The notes under the pieces are model-generated. The model ran no database searches, was not told the origin of the DNA, and was given only the letters and a program-made list of their open reading frames with translations. A DNA stretch of 64,000 nt, from assembly GCA_002633005.1 (NCBI GenBank), contig NMRA01000154.1, positions 445,210-509,209 of the forward strand, read 5' to 3'. Shown here piece by piece: positions 14,201 to 29,200 of this stretch. How positions within the stretch are numbered: the stretch's first letter is position 1; every line of letters begins with the position of its first letter. Origin of the DNA: Phoronis australis. Its lineage: Eukaryota > Animalia > Phoronida. The position numbers and the translations under genes are program-made.

Positions 14201-17200
14201 TTGAGATACTCTTGTCATACAGTTTCTGTTTATAGCGTAGCTACTTATAAGTGCTGGTGAAATATTCCTGTAGGTGTCTCTGTATGTACATCATTGTTAC
14301 AGCCTGTGTCTACTGCAGCCCCCTGGGATGACAGGCGTGTGCGTGTCAGTTGGCGTGGAGATGGTCAGTACTTCGCGGTCAGCACTATATCGCAGGACAC
14401 AGATGCCAGGAAGTTTCGTGTGTTCACTCGTGAGGGACAGTTACACTCAACTAGTGAGAATTTGGATGGACTAGAGCAATGTCTCTGCTGGAGGTAATGT
14501 GAAATTGTATGACAGTTTTGTGAACCAAGTTGGTGTCTCTGATGTCAACAGCTTAATTTATGAAGCTTCAGATGGGGAAGTTTTAACGGAGCTCACTCAG
14601 ACATTTATACTGAAATCTAATAGCTGCGAGTTTTACAAGAGTTCTTTCTAACTTATTATACGTGCGTTATGCTTCAAAGTAGTGTACATGGTGTAGACAT
14701 ATTTATGTGACTTGTTAACTGAAGTTGTTGTACAACTTGATTCATTTCTGCGTGAAATTTGTCCCAGTGTAATAGTCGCATTAGTTGTATGTATGCTATT
14801 TCGTATTTCCAACACACATCAGCACTAAGGTACAACAAAAAGGACTGTCTACTGTCAATTTTCAGCCGGGAAGTTTACTGTTCTAGACTCGTATCTGTTT
14901 TGACATTTAATTTAGTTTGAAAGTGAGCTTTGACTCCTGAGTTAAGCATGCAATCTTTTCTAAGATTATGAACTCATCACAAGTCGAACTAGGCTTGATA
15001 TTTTATTTTTGGTAAGGTGTCAGCACATTGCCCATTTGGAAATGTTATTTGTTTGCACGACTTCCAGACCAAGTGGTAACTTGATAACCTCTAGTCAACT
15101 GTTGCCGAACAAGCAGCGAAGTATTGTCTTCTTTGAAAAGAACGGCCTTCGTCATGGAGAATTCAACTTACCTTTTGGAACTGACTTGGCAATGGTATGA
15201 TGCTAATTAGATTCACTGAGGAAGCACTGTGGCCTAGTTTGATAGGTGCCCACTTTCTTTACTCAAGGTCTTGGGTTCGAGTCCCACTGTGGGCCGCACT
15301 GCTAAACCCTTGAGTCAAGTTTCTAGCTTTTCAGCTCGGTTTTAACTATATAATATAAAGCACAAAAATGGTTCCAGGTCATCAGTGCAATGGGCCCTTA
15401 TGTGTGGCTTTCGCACGTCTGGTACAACGTGTACGAGACTGCCTGCAATTATTTTTTTGTTGATTAACATTGGTCATGATCATGAGATGCTAATTAGTGT
15501 CATTTGGATCGTAATTATTGTACGTGTACCTCTGCATTCTCCCATAAGTTAATGTTGGAATGGTACTTATCGCCTAATGAGTCATGTGACCTCTTGTATT
15601 GTAGTCGGCGACTGATGAAATAATAGATGAATGACTTTCCCTCTTGATCTGTATTTTTTACTCGACACAATATGGCGGAGTTGAGTTGCTCTTCATATCT
15701 GAGAGGTTTTGCTCTTCATATCTGAGAGGTTTGACTGTCAGCTGACTGTCAAAGTTAAAACTATTATTATAGTCCCATCACTTAATAGACAAAAAGTAGT
15801 TTAAGTTATGATTGTGAAATTTCCTTTCTACCAGAGATGCTGTAGTTGCATGTTTCATGATTCTGTGCTTTAGGTGAGAGAGGTCGCCTGGAACCTGGAG
15901 TCGACAGTTCTAACCACGTGGGTAGATGTCACCACGGGTACTGACCAATCAAGCTTGGAGACATACAGTGAGTTGTTCTGTCATAAGTAACCGTTACGCA
16001 CAGTTGTTTTGTCAGTGTTAAGTGCTGTATTTTTATGCAGTGATTCTTATAATGATCTGTTCAGTTTGTGTACCCAACCTGCTTTAAGGCTGTTATCAGA
16101 TCTGTGTGAAAAGTTCACTTTTATTATGTAAATTTCTGTAACCTCTGTCAAAAGTTTGGAGTAATAAGTATACAAAGTACCAAATTGCCAAATTGATTGG
16201 GTGCCTTTAAGCATACTATTATCTTTCTGATATAGTTAGGAAGTGTTTAATCCTATAACGCTTGGCATATTTTTCATGTGAAGTTATGTGTATTTATTGT
16301 GCAAGCGTAAGGGTCAGAATTAGTTTTGGATGAAGATATTAAAACAAGATTTGGTATGATCATTTTAAGCACGGAAACTTTAATAATTACAATTGTCTAC
16401 AAATTTACGTCTCATTATTTTTCATATAATGCTCAAAATTTGGAATCTCACTGTTGCCAAATCAGTCAGTCCAGTTCTTTTTGAAGTAATCAGGATTTCT
16501 TGTCTGTTGGGAAGTTTGCAACTATTTTGGATAAACAACATTACATAAATGACTATATTAAGCAAAAAATAGGTGACATGTATACATGATTGAAATAATG
16601 TTATTGAAGTATAAATTATCTGCCACTTGCACTCAAAGTGTATTCCGGAACACTGTTTTTCCGACAGTTTTATTGTGGACTGCAAACAACTACCACTGGT
16701 ACCAGAAGCAGACCCTGCATTTCCCTGGTAACCAGCAAGTTGTTGCCATGGAGTGGGACCCTGAACATGCATATCGACTTCATGTGCTGTGCGCCAGCGG
16801 GGAATATATACAGTATACATGGTCCTGGTGTACTGACCACAGTCAAGGGAAAACATCAAATGACTCAGCTACTGTGGCTGTCATTGATGGAAGTTAGTGT
16901 CTCTACATAGACGTTTTCTTTAGATGTAAATTCCTCTGTATGTATTTGTCTTTACTGTAAATGTCTCCAGATGGATGTGTCGTTAAATGTGAATGTCTCT
17001 AGATGGATGTCTTAAGATGTGAATGATTGTCTGAAAGTGTCTTTAAATGTAAAATTGTCTCTAGGTGGATGTGTCTCTGGAAGCAAATGTCTCTAGATGT
17101 ACATGTCTTTAGATGTGAATGTCTCCAGATGGACATTTCTTTAGATGTGAATGTCTCTAAATTGACGAGTCTGTAGATACGAATGTATTTATGTAGATGC

Positions 17201-20200
17201 GTCTTAAGATGTGCATGTCTCTAGACGGACGTGTCTTTAGATTTGCGTGTCTCTGGATGTATGTTGCTTTAGATGTGAATGTCGCTAAATGAATGTGTCT
17301 TTAGATGTAAATGTTTGTAGGTGGATGTGTCTTTAGTTATAGACTGGTGTACCTGAGTGTGTTTACATGTACATGACTATAAGTGAGAGTTCCTGTGAAT
17401 GCGTCTTTAGTATGTGAATGCATCTAGGTAGACCTAAGTGTCATTGGTGCATGTGTCTCAAAATTTGCTTGTGTTTAAAGGACAATGCATTCAGGTGCTA
17501 TTGGATGTTTTGGACATAACAGAATGACTAGATGAACTTCTGCGTTTTGGATGAATGTGTCTTTAAATAGATGAAGATGAGAGGAAGTGATAGTCTTCAG
17601 GTGGAATTTACGTTGCCCTGAAGTGCTAGACGCTTGTACATTTAATGTACCTTCAAGGGAAACACGGCTTCAGATACGTTGTCTTTAGATAGAAGTCAGT
17701 GTCTTCTTGTAAAAGTCAGTGTCTCAAGATACAACCCAGCATCTTTTATTTCTGTCTGGATATAAGTTCTTTGGTTCAGATGGCTTTTCGTAATAGAATG
17801 GAGCATTGTTTGGCTGAAAGTGTGATATAAGCATCAAACTGGCTACGCCTGTTTCCTTTTTTGGCTGAACTAAAATGTCTTAAACTATGGCTGTTCTAGT
17901 GCACACTTTCTGAACAGCTTCTTCCATGAACATCTTCGACTTAGTAATTATGTGTGTTTTAGTCCCTCCACTTTTTTGCAAAGATTATTACTGAAAGAGC
18001 TCTGCATGAAACAAATCTTTAAGTGAATAGGATTTTGTTTATTGTTTTAAAATCATTTAAAATTGCATGACTTTTTTTCAGTCAAAACTCTAGTCACTCC
18101 TTTCAACCAGATGGTTGTACCACCCCCGATGTGTGCCTACGAGCTTATTGCACCAGCAGCTGTCAACCAGATTATTTTTGCCCCTCCCTCACGTGGGCGA
18201 GATATTCTATTGCTGCTAGTGGATGGTCGCATGGCTTTGTACAGTTTCCATTCAGGTAATTTTCACAAATCTCAAACAATGTACTTAATTTTGATTCCGT
18301 ACTACTCTACCGTTTCAACGGAAATGTTCCTGTTTCATATTATTTGGTGTTAATTGTGCAAAAAAGCAAGAAATAACGTTGAGCTTGATGAATGTGGTTC
18401 CTAGAATGTGGTCTGCAAATGGTCAGGAGTTGATTGTTGTCAGAAGTCGTCGCTCGACTTACCACCAATAATGTGACTGCCTTCCTGGACTGGTTCATTA
18501 TTCCTGGTGACTCAAAGTAGCCAATTGCTGTTTGCTATTTATAGTTTCCCAATGTACATAATTATATCAGTCAATAGGTGTTCATTATTCCTGGTTTCCC
18601 AAGTTTCAGTCCGTAAGTTTACATTGTTTCTGATGTTTCCAAGTCTCAGTCAGTAGGTGATCATTATTTCTGATATTTCAAAAGGCCATAAAGCATTGTC
18701 AACTAATTTTGAGAACTCCGCTCAGAGACCAGGACAAAAAATAATCAAGTGTCCACCCACCCGCATCAGTTTCAGCTATAATTAGGTATCGGTTTTTGAA
18801 AAACTGCACAAAAGCATCCAAGTAAGGTTTGAACACCTTGATTTGCTGGGGAGTGGGAAAAACATGGATGGGACAGCACGATATGTGTTCTTCTTGAGGA
18901 GAGTACATTCTGATGTGGATTTTGAGTCAAATCCTACTACTGTAGAGTCCTCTAGTGGCAATTTTTTTTGCTTTACGACAACACAAGCACTTGTTTCAGA
19001 TGAAGTTGACCTTTGTTGTGCCACCTAGTGACCTTTTTATTGCATTGCTCTTTTATCTCGTGCATTTGAACTTCAGTCTAAAGTGTAGGTTAATGTCGAA
19101 TCAATTAACGTGCCAGGACTCTGAGAACAGTCTGTGGTAAGGATGAAGGCATCAAGATGATGTTGAACCTTTGAATGTTTTGATTGGTTGATTTCAGATG
19201 ATAAATCTATAGATGATGGCACTGTTCGCTGTGTTGCTGCAAGCGGGGCCGGTTTTGCTGTCAAATGTTCAACGCCCTGTCTTCAAAAGGTTTACAGGTA
19301 TAGTTAGTTGATGTCACACTAGGATGCGCTACTAACGCTTTCATCAATTTTGTATGAATCTAGCTAGTCACCCAACTGACTCCATGACTTCTTGACTTGA
19401 AGCAATTCAGACATCAGTTGATTGTGCTGTTTTCAACATTTCTGTATTGCTAGTGTACTGGTGCATGTGATGTTGAAGAGGAATGAGACATGTGTTGTTT
19501 TTGTTGTTTATTTGATGAACCACCGGAATAAAACACCCTATAAACAAGGAAAATGGTAAAACTAACTATAACCATGCATCGTATGTACCATTGGTAAAAT
19601 AACAGAATTTTCATTTCTTGTAAAACGTATCCACATGTACTCAACTAATCCTGTCTGAGTCTGACATGTGTTGAACATATGTTGTTTGTTGTTGGTGCTC
19701 AGAGCCTTTTCTTGCTCTCTAGCAAGTGCTGTGCAGTAGTTAGCTATCAGGAAACCAAAAAATATTAATGTTTAAAATTAGTAATTTCTTCGTCATTACA
19801 GTGTCAAGTTTTCAGAAGTCTTGCTGTCAACAAGTTGGCCTCTGTTCATCCACCAGGTGTCATGGGTAGCTATAGATACCATCATATTTATGTGCATGTG
19901 TGGAGAGGGCTCTGGCGCATCGCTACACGTGGGCAAAATGGACTCTATTTCAGGGGAGATAATAGTCAGGTATGAACTTGTTCCTCACCTGTACTTGTTT
20001 TCTTTTGGGCTTGTTTGCTTCCTTAAAGAGGGAACTGTAGTGAAATGTATGTTTTTTATTTGGCTAGTAAACAATTGTCTTCTTCGCATTATTTGATTCG
20101 CAGATTTAAAACTGAGGATTATTTTGTTAAACTTCGCCTTCTGAGAAAGGAGAAAGTCTAGCGAAGTCATTTGAAGTCACACTGTGTGGGATTATCTGGT

Positions 20201-23200
20201 TCCCACAAGATTTGTCTTGGTTGTGAAGATACGCTATGCTCAAGCTAAAACATAGACTGTACTTGTTCTGGAGATAGATAGAGAAAGGGTCGGCCGAGAC
20301 GGGTCATCTATTTCATACAGAATGCAAAGTATGCTCAATTTTTTGCTAACAAACAGTAAAAGAGAACTTGACTTTTGTTTTAAAGATGTGTCTATTATCT
20401 GAGGCCAGTAAGTTTTTAGTGACATATCAGATTATCCATCAGTCAAATGTTAAGATAATGGCCAGCACTGAAAAATGATTGACAGGTACATGGCGTATTA
20501 GGTTGCAAGTGCAAATTGTACCTAGACGCCTGCAATGCTTCACATTGTCACAGCACAGCTGTTACTTGGCTAATAGCCTGTGTCCTCGACTTAGGTCCCT
20601 GTTTTCACCTTTGACCTTCTGTGACTACGAGGCGTTGCCTGGGTCCGCGTGCACACTTAAAGCTACGTCTTTTCACGTTACAGTTCGTCACTGCCAGTTG
20701 AGGGAGCATCCATCATGGCTTCCACGTTATGTCCCGACGGTAACTCTGTGGCTATTCAGACCGGCGATGGCACGGTCTTGAAGTATGAACTGGGTGAGTG
20801 GCCTGTGAGCAGTGCTGTTAATTCGTTTTCGTGTGTGAGGTTCTTTTAATTAAGAGTAATACTGGATTAAAAACTTACAAAACTTAGCAACGTTGCGTCC
20901 ACATCTCACAGACTTCAGCTTGGCTTGTGACGTAATCGCTATTCTGGCCAATTGGAAGCGTTTTGACCAGACGGTGTGGCATTGACGTCAGTACACCATC
21001 CCATATGTGTGACAAATCAAATCTTAAACCTCCTCTTTTATTTAAAGAGGGAGTCTCTATGTGCTCATGGAGAGCTTCCTTTACACCCCTTCTGAACCAG
21101 TCTTCTTCAAAGTCTAGGATAGTGACATCATCAGTATTGAAATCATGTTCAGTGGTGCACAGGTGGCTAAAAATAGCTGAATCATAAGTGTCCCTGTAAC
21201 TAGGACAACGATGTTGTGACATACGCATTTTTATGGACTGTAATTAACAACAGGTCCTTTAACCAGTTGGTTCATCTGTTGAAGTGTTGTTTTTGATCTC
21301 GTGTCAGATTTTGTTAAATGTACAAACTCGTCTTAATGTGTGAAACATAGTATATTTCATAAGCTCTTAAGCACTGATACATTTCAGGAAGTGACTTCAT
21401 CTTGCCGTGGGAGACATCTAGTGGTGATGAGCTGCAACTACCTCAGCCCTGTCCTCAAATGGCAGTCTGCAGATTTGATGGAGAAGTGAGTAGAGTTAGG
21501 TAAAATGTTCAAGTGGCTGCGTTGATATTTAGTGTGCTGCATCACATGCTTAAGTGATGTTTTAAGTGAACTTACTGTTTTATGTTTGTTCAATTAGTAA
21601 AGTAGTCATTCTACCACATAAAGCTCAGAGGTATTAGTCTTCAGTATGCGTTTGTTTTTTTAAATTTAAGTATGTGACCCGTTGAACTTTAAAATTGTCA
21701 ACTTTTGTTTATCTCATTCTTAATTCCGTATAGTATAACCTTTAACTAGCGAGAGCTTCCTGCTAAGTCATTGAAATTTTCCTTTTTGTACATATTCTTG
21801 GGTTGTTGCGAGTTCTTGAAACCTCTCCGCTCTCTTTGGGTCAATTCAAATTTTTAACTTGCGTGTTATGGTGCAACGAGCCCGTGCTGATTTTTTGGGC
21901 GTAAAAGGTTAAAACTGAATGGATTTTTAGGAGTGTAGTGTAACTGGCACTGACTGTGAGCTTCAGCTTTCATAAATATCTGTGGTCCCCTCTTCCTGCC
22001 TCCATGTTTTCAACTGTTCAAAATTGTAGTACTCCGTGTTTCTGATCGCAGCTGGCTGTGCTGGGACTAACAGAGAGATATCGGTTCTACGTCAACGCTC
22101 TGGAGGTGGCCTCTAACTGCACTTCTTTCTGCGTACATGACGAGTTTCTACTGTTGACAACGCACGCGCACACGTGTCGATGTGTCAGTCTCAGCACTCG
22201 GTTGAATGGTACATAACATAGTGAAATTGTTTAATGTATTTAAATTAATTGATATAGCTAGTGTTTTGTGAGCTACACAAGATGTGCTGATAATGGCAGA
22301 GTGGTTAGACTGCAGTTTGGTTCAAAGCTCACTATTTCACTGGCTGTTCATCTAGGTCTGTTTGAATTTCTTCCTCAATTAGCAGCGCTGTTGTCATTTT
22401 TCAGATGCATTGTGGGATGGTTGCGGGCTGGTAAACATCTTTTGACATCCCAGACAACTTGATGACGTGTAGTTGTCATAGCCAATTGTAACTTCTGCAT
22501 GTTTATGTGTGCATTGAGAATTTTTCACACTAAGTATTAATTTTACTAAATCTAGTTGCCTGATGAGATTTGCAGTTTGTGTGAAGCTGCTGTCTGGCTG
22601 GATTGTGCTGTAGACTGTACTGGTGATTTAGAGGTTAATGTGTTTGACTCAGGGGAATGTGTAGACGGTTTAGTTGTTCATGTCGTATAGCCATGTTTGA
22701 ACCCGTCTGTTCTTTGTTGTAATAATAATAATAATTCTTGATGTGAAGATCTTGACAGTTAGCCCAATGGTCTCTTGTTCACAGTATAACTGTGTCTTCT
22801 TTTTCAGTTCTTCCGACTCTGACCGACGGCAAGGCTCACCCATTTGATGAAAGCGTGCGTCGTGTTGAGCGTGGTTCACGTATTGTTGCTGCAGTAAGGG
22901 ACGACACTAAGTTGGTTCTGCAGATGCCCCGTGGCAACCTAGAGACGATCCACCCCCGGGCCCTGGTACTGTCATGTGTACGCAAGCATCTCGACAGGTA
23001 GTACCTAGGACATTGTGTTTATTTGATAACCAAAAATGCTATTTATTTTCCATTGTTCACTGGAACTTTGGTTGATATGATTTGGAAAGCATCCCAGTTG
23101 AACAAGATAGATTAGGTAGGCGTGGTGTTATGATACACTTTGAATTTCTCCTTTCCTCCAATAGGTGTCAGTATGGTGAAGCATTCAGTGTGATGAAGAA

Positions 23201-26200
23201 ACACCGTATCAACCTGAACCTGATCTACGACCACAATCCCGCTGCATTTGTTGATCACGCTCGTCTATTTGTTGATCAGATCGCGTCAGTGACCCATATC
23301 AACCTGTTCCTCACCAGCCTACAGTAAGTTGATCCCCACTTGGATATTGGGGTGATGGTGTTCAGAGAACTTGTAGTCAGTTTTTAGCCCACCTCCAAAA
23401 TTCCATAATTGTACTTGACGTGTATAAATCCACCTGCTCGGGTATGACCCTTCTCACCTTTTCCTTCACGTTTGGTGAACGGGGCCTCTTCTCTCGCACA
23501 TGATTCACAAAGTGCGTGTAAGGTGAAACATGACTTGCAAGGTGCCAGTCAGGTAAAGCAGGATTCGCCGTTGAAAGTGCGTGTCAAGTGAAGCATTATT
23601 TGCAAAGCACTTGTCAGGTGAAGCAGGATTTACAAAAGTGCATGTCAGGTGAAGCGTGATCCACAAAGTACGTGTCAGGTGAAACATGATCCAGGTAGTG
23701 TGTCTCACATTAGAGTACAGGTTCCATACTAGCCCGTCCATGTATGTGCCCAACCCTGATTATCAGGTCTCCCATTTGCAACCCTATGGGGTTATACTTG
23801 GATGGATATGATATTTAAACGAATCTCAAAACTGCATTGAATTTTGTCGCTGATAATAGTCACACAAGATATAAGCCTGTCACGTAACGGTATTTTAATC
23901 ATTGTCATTTCAAGCCAATTGTCTATTTTGTTTACTATAGGGAAGAAGATGTCACCCAGACCATGTATACAGCAGCATATAAGCAGGTGACGCCCTCTGT
24001 TGGGGAGAAGCCGAGTAAGGTGGATAGAGTGTGTGATGTTGTCAAGTCTACGTTGGAATGTATAGACACTGACAGGTGGGCCATTGTTTGTTTCACGTCT
24101 CTTATTCAAACTGAGCTGTAGCACTGCTGTGGACTTTAATTAAGGTCATGAAACTGAACTCTGTCTTCATCACTTAGATTTTAAAATTTTGGAGCATCGT
24201 TGAAAATCTCCGTGTGAAGTCCTTCAACTCCCGCAGGGAGTGTTAACGCCCAATGTGAGTTAATCAGCTACTGTGCCAAGACTGAATACCTCAACCCACA
24301 GGATTGTGTGTGTGACACTAGTTTATCTGCTATTGAATTGGGTATTAATTGTGCAATAGGATGTGGTAGAACCAGTTTTGGATAAAATCACCGATTCAAA
24401 TGCAAGTTTAATATTCGTTAACACCAAAACCGTTATTCTCATTTAGGATCTCCAGGTTGTATTTGAGATTCTAATGCCTTGAAATTATCTGGCTTGCAAA
24501 ATCCCTGATAACTGGATATCATTAGCCAAATTTCTAACCTGGTTCTAACCCTCCAGTCTGGCTTGCTGTGTCGAGCATTGGTGTCCAACACAAAAAGGAA
24601 TTCAGAGAATTCCTGCGATTGATGTGAAATGTCCAAAGTCTGGAAAGTTCCGAAATTGATGCATTGTTGGTCCCTACTGTGTCAGTCAATTTTAGTGACC
24701 TTAACCTCATTTTGTAGGTCACAGTGAGAAAATCAAGTTTTTGGTTAGGTGACGGGACAAATTGATCACCTTGTGATAACTGCGTATTGACGATGTCTTT
24801 ACCTTTACCCGGAAGGAAGTGTTCCTAATAGCGAAAACTTTCAGACATGTTTTGCATGGTCTTGTAAACTTTGCAATTAGATGTTTTATGCAGTGAGTAA
24901 CTTTCCATTCAAGAATGCATTAAGATGGTACTGTTTGCTTAATTTCTTTCTGAGAAAGTTTAGAACAAACTTCATAAATTGTCTGTGGAATGTAGTCTCT
25001 GCCATGTTGTGTTTTAGGTATCTCCTCTGCATTCTGACTGCACATGTGAAGAAGAGCTCTCCTGAGCTGGAGGTAGCTTTAGAAAGGATCAAGTGCTTGA
25101 AGGGTGTGTAACCTCTGCAGACTTTAATGTTGTTTAATTGAGTTGAAAGTTGTCACTGTCTTGACTAGTGCTTGTTGGTGGGTATTCTTTATTGTGTCTT
25201 GTGTAGCATAATGGCTTCACTGGCATTAGCCTCATTTCAGACATCAGTTTCACATGTGCAAGGCCGTAAGTTCAAAGGCCTGTTCCAGCCAGGCTCAAAT
25301 CCTAAACCAAATTTTTATTGAAGCCACTTACGTTGAGGTTATCAATCGGTCCCATATTGTTCCTTACACTTCTTGGCTTGAGAACTGACGGGTCATAAGT
25401 GATTCAGGTTCAATGAATTGCTTATCGTGTCGGGGTCATTTCAATGTTCAAGGCAGTGTGGCTGTTGGGAATTTCAGGCTGGTTATTACGACCCAATTTC
25501 AATTCCTGTTATTGACCCCAGTGGTTTATAGTGGTTTTAAGACAGTCAATCGTGTTTTTTCTGATGATACACACACTATCTCTTGACTGTGGTCTCCAGA
25601 AAGAGGATACGAAATTGACAATATTTGTAGACGCACAGCACTAGCCAAAAGTGTTCAGACAAAATGGTCTGGAAATCTTCGTCATGACGGCTTTGCAGAA
25701 ACAGAGTTCTGTGTCTGAGTTGTCTCCCCTCATGACTGAGAATGAGGGGAGATAAACAGGAAAGTTAGTATAAAGGTGTCTATGCCATTCTGCAGTTAGA
25801 AATGTGCCATCCTGATGGTTATTATTATTATTAACAGAATTAGCTGTCATGACGTGGAGACGGTATTTTGTCTGATTACTTTTCTCTTGTACTGCTTTGT
25901 GTCTGTATCTAATCATTTGTGTATCTCTTCTGTAGACAGAGGAGAGGACAGTCACGTGACCGCTGAGGAGGCGCTTCGTTATTTGTTGTTCCTGGTTGAT
26001 GTCAATGAACTGTACGATGTCGCGCTGGGAACATACGATTTTGATCTCGTGATGATGGTTGCAGAAAAATCTCAGAAGGTAATCATTGAGAATTTCAAAG
26101 AACTGTTTGTTTTTATTTCATTCACTTGCCATGCTGTGTAGGGTGATGTTTGTCAGCGGAAGTGTTTGGACAGCATATCAAAGGGCATTTCACAGCTCAT

Positions 26201-29200
26201 GAATGTCAGGGAGCTTTGATTTGTGAACACTGTTGGCAATGGACTAACTGTGCGCGTGTGCCTGACAAAAGTGTGAACTAAAGCAGCATTTGACTTGCGT
26301 GGATTACCGATGTATGAACCAGATACGAGTTGTGTCATTTGTATGCAGACATTAAATACATGATTTGGCAAAATATAAGTCAAACTGCAATATGCTTGAA
26401 TGATATTTGTTAGCACAAATGAAACCATTTTTGCCTTGACCTTCTCATTCATTCATACACAGGCATTGTATTTTGTTTGTCATAAGTCTTTTTTTTCGCT
26501 GCAGTGTCTGTGTTTTTATACACGATGGTGTTTAGTCAAATTTTGGTCTGACATTGTCTGTGTCTCTTGGGTCTAAATTTGGATTCCGTGAATTGTTTTG
26601 AAGGCTTAAAATTTATTGAGTTGTATCAGGGTTGGTGATAGCAAAACACCTCAGTCAGGGGTTGCAGTGTGGATTGCTGCCTTAGAGAAAAACATTGCAT
26701 CCGTGTCACTAAATCCAATCACAACCTTTAGCATCATTAACTAATAATCGACTTCTTTTACACATTTCACTCAACGTTTAAGAAATGTATAGTACCAATC
26801 ATTACCAACGATTATAAACACAATAATGCATCACAAAAACGTTGTATTCCAAACAACAATATAGTGATATACAATGTACAATAATTAACTTACCACCAAT
26901 TCAATGCAAACCAGGCTGAGGGATATTCGACTATAGAATATTAACTGACTGTAATGGCAACTTATTTATTCATTTATTATTTATTTATTGTTACAATGAG
27001 TGTAGTGCATCAGTTCTCATTGCTTTCCCTGGAAGCCATGTAAAATAAAAACAAATCTATCACAAAACTAATAACACAATTCAAACATGGCGGACATCAT
27101 AATTTCAGCAATGGCTGTAATGATAATCAGACAGTCAAATGGAATATTGCACTAACCACTGTACAAAATAGACACAACAAGTACAATATTCCAAATTTAC
27201 TGACTGAGAACTATGTCACAAGTAATACTGAACTTTACTTTTATTATTTTATCCAATTCCACTAACCTGCTCTGAAAGATGATCCACAGACTACTTACTG
27301 TGACACTCAAGCAACACAAGCACACCTGAAGGTCAGCTATTTATGTAACACTGAATAACCAGCAAGAACCAGTCATAGCCAGTTATAACCAGACCTGGTT
27401 CCAACCAAATCTACATAATAATTAACAAAACACAACGGGACACAAATAATGAATTGATTTTATAATGCGTCTCTCACACAGTGACTTGGTGTAGTGCACT
27501 GTGAGAAATGAAATACCAAACTGGAGTCGCCTGTCCAAACAGCAAATAAACACATTTGCACATTTTTTAATCATTTTCTGTAACAAACCATTTCTACCAC
27601 ATTATGACATTCACAACCATTTCAGTTTCAATACCACCTCCCCCGTCAGGGTATGATCCGCTGATACAGTCAAATTGACAGACCCTGGCAAGACTTGGTA
27701 ACTTTTCTTTGTCATCTATGGTATTCACAATGCCATCGTCCATTTGGCATAGTCAACTCGTAAACTGAAGAATTCTTTGAATATATGTCCTCAAATTATC
27801 ACCAGGCTGGGAATAGATGGCCACTGATTTATCACCAGGCTATGATTACATCCTTTATTTCTCATCTTGTCAGGACCCCAAGGAGTACGTGCCATTTTTA
27901 AACAGTCTTCGTAAACTAGAGTCTGACTACCAACACTACACGATCGATAAGTACTTGAAGCGATACCAGAGGGCGCTTGCTAGCATAGCTAAATGTGGTG
28001 AGTAAATGGGACGTTGTACACCTTGGAGTTGTCACATGTAAGTCTAGGATGTCACTTTGGGGACAATGAAATAGTCTCTGAAGTGAGCAATTTGACCCTT
28101 AACCTAATTAAACGGAATGACAATCAATCAATAATACTTAGAAGTTATTAAAGCTCGACTGACACATCAATCGTTAGCAATTTTTGTCATTTAGTTACAA
28201 GTGACGTAACTGCGCCCACATGTATGTGTGGGTGCATATTGTCATCCCTGTCTAGGTGTCCGGCATCCACTGCTGTATCTCCTATATCCGTTGCAGGATT
28301 TAAAGGAGATTTGGCAGATATGGTCCTAAGGAGCTGATCACTGGTAACAACAAATTTTGGACCAATCCGACTACAGTTCCCCTTGTTGGCTATTTGTTTA
28401 TGTTTGCCTCCTTATCTTCAGAGCTCCTTGATGGGTTATCGTGAAATTTGGCATGTCCGTTTCTATTAATGGAGATGACGATGCCTTGCATTTTCGGACG
28501 GATTTGGCATTCTGTGCCATCTGGTGGTCACTTTAAAATTTTTTAGATATGTTTTTGTTGGCCTTCGCCTTTCTATGTGCCAAACCCCTTGACAGATCAT
28601 TATGCATTGTGACAGATAGATACTTGACTATTATACTGTGCAGAAGTTGATTTGTGGAAGGGTCCAACTAAAGTGCCCCCTACTGGGGATTTTGTTGGAT
28701 TTGTTTTGTTGGGGGGCTGTATCACCTTTTGCAGGATCTTTGTGATTTGACGGATGTGTTGCTGTGGATCTGACAATGATGACGATCAGAAAATCTGCTG
28801 TGTCCTAAGTGGCAATATTTTTTTACCTTTGAGTATTCCTGTGTAGTTTGTGTATTTTTGCAAAAATTGGCAAATAGATTACTATTAAGGGGACGATGAT
28901 GCCTTTTTCGATTTCGGAAGTATTAAGTAATTATTGTATTTTGCTCCACCCGGTGCCATTTTTATTATTTTCAATCCGTTTTTTTTTTTGGCATATGCCT
29001 CTTTTTCTCTCAAAGGATCATTCTGAAACATAGCTTAATATTATGTTCCTGATCAGAAGGCCATGTCTGGTGTTGATTTGCGGATGGGTCTGACAGCTGT
29101 GGCACCCCCTAGCGGTTATTTTGTCGTATTTGCATCCATGGCTGTATTCCTTTAATCGCCTGCAGGATCTCTGTTGTGGTCGTATTTTAATGGTCCGTGT

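Noticed and set aside
13175-15300. Functional tRNA genes at the two A/B-box sequences
   Set aside because: Acceptor and anticodon stems do not pair cleanly; better explained as SINE heads.
24138-24704. Kolobok-type element bounded by TTAAGGTCA...TGACCTTAA
   Set aside because: The inverted match beyond 9 bp is too weak to support.
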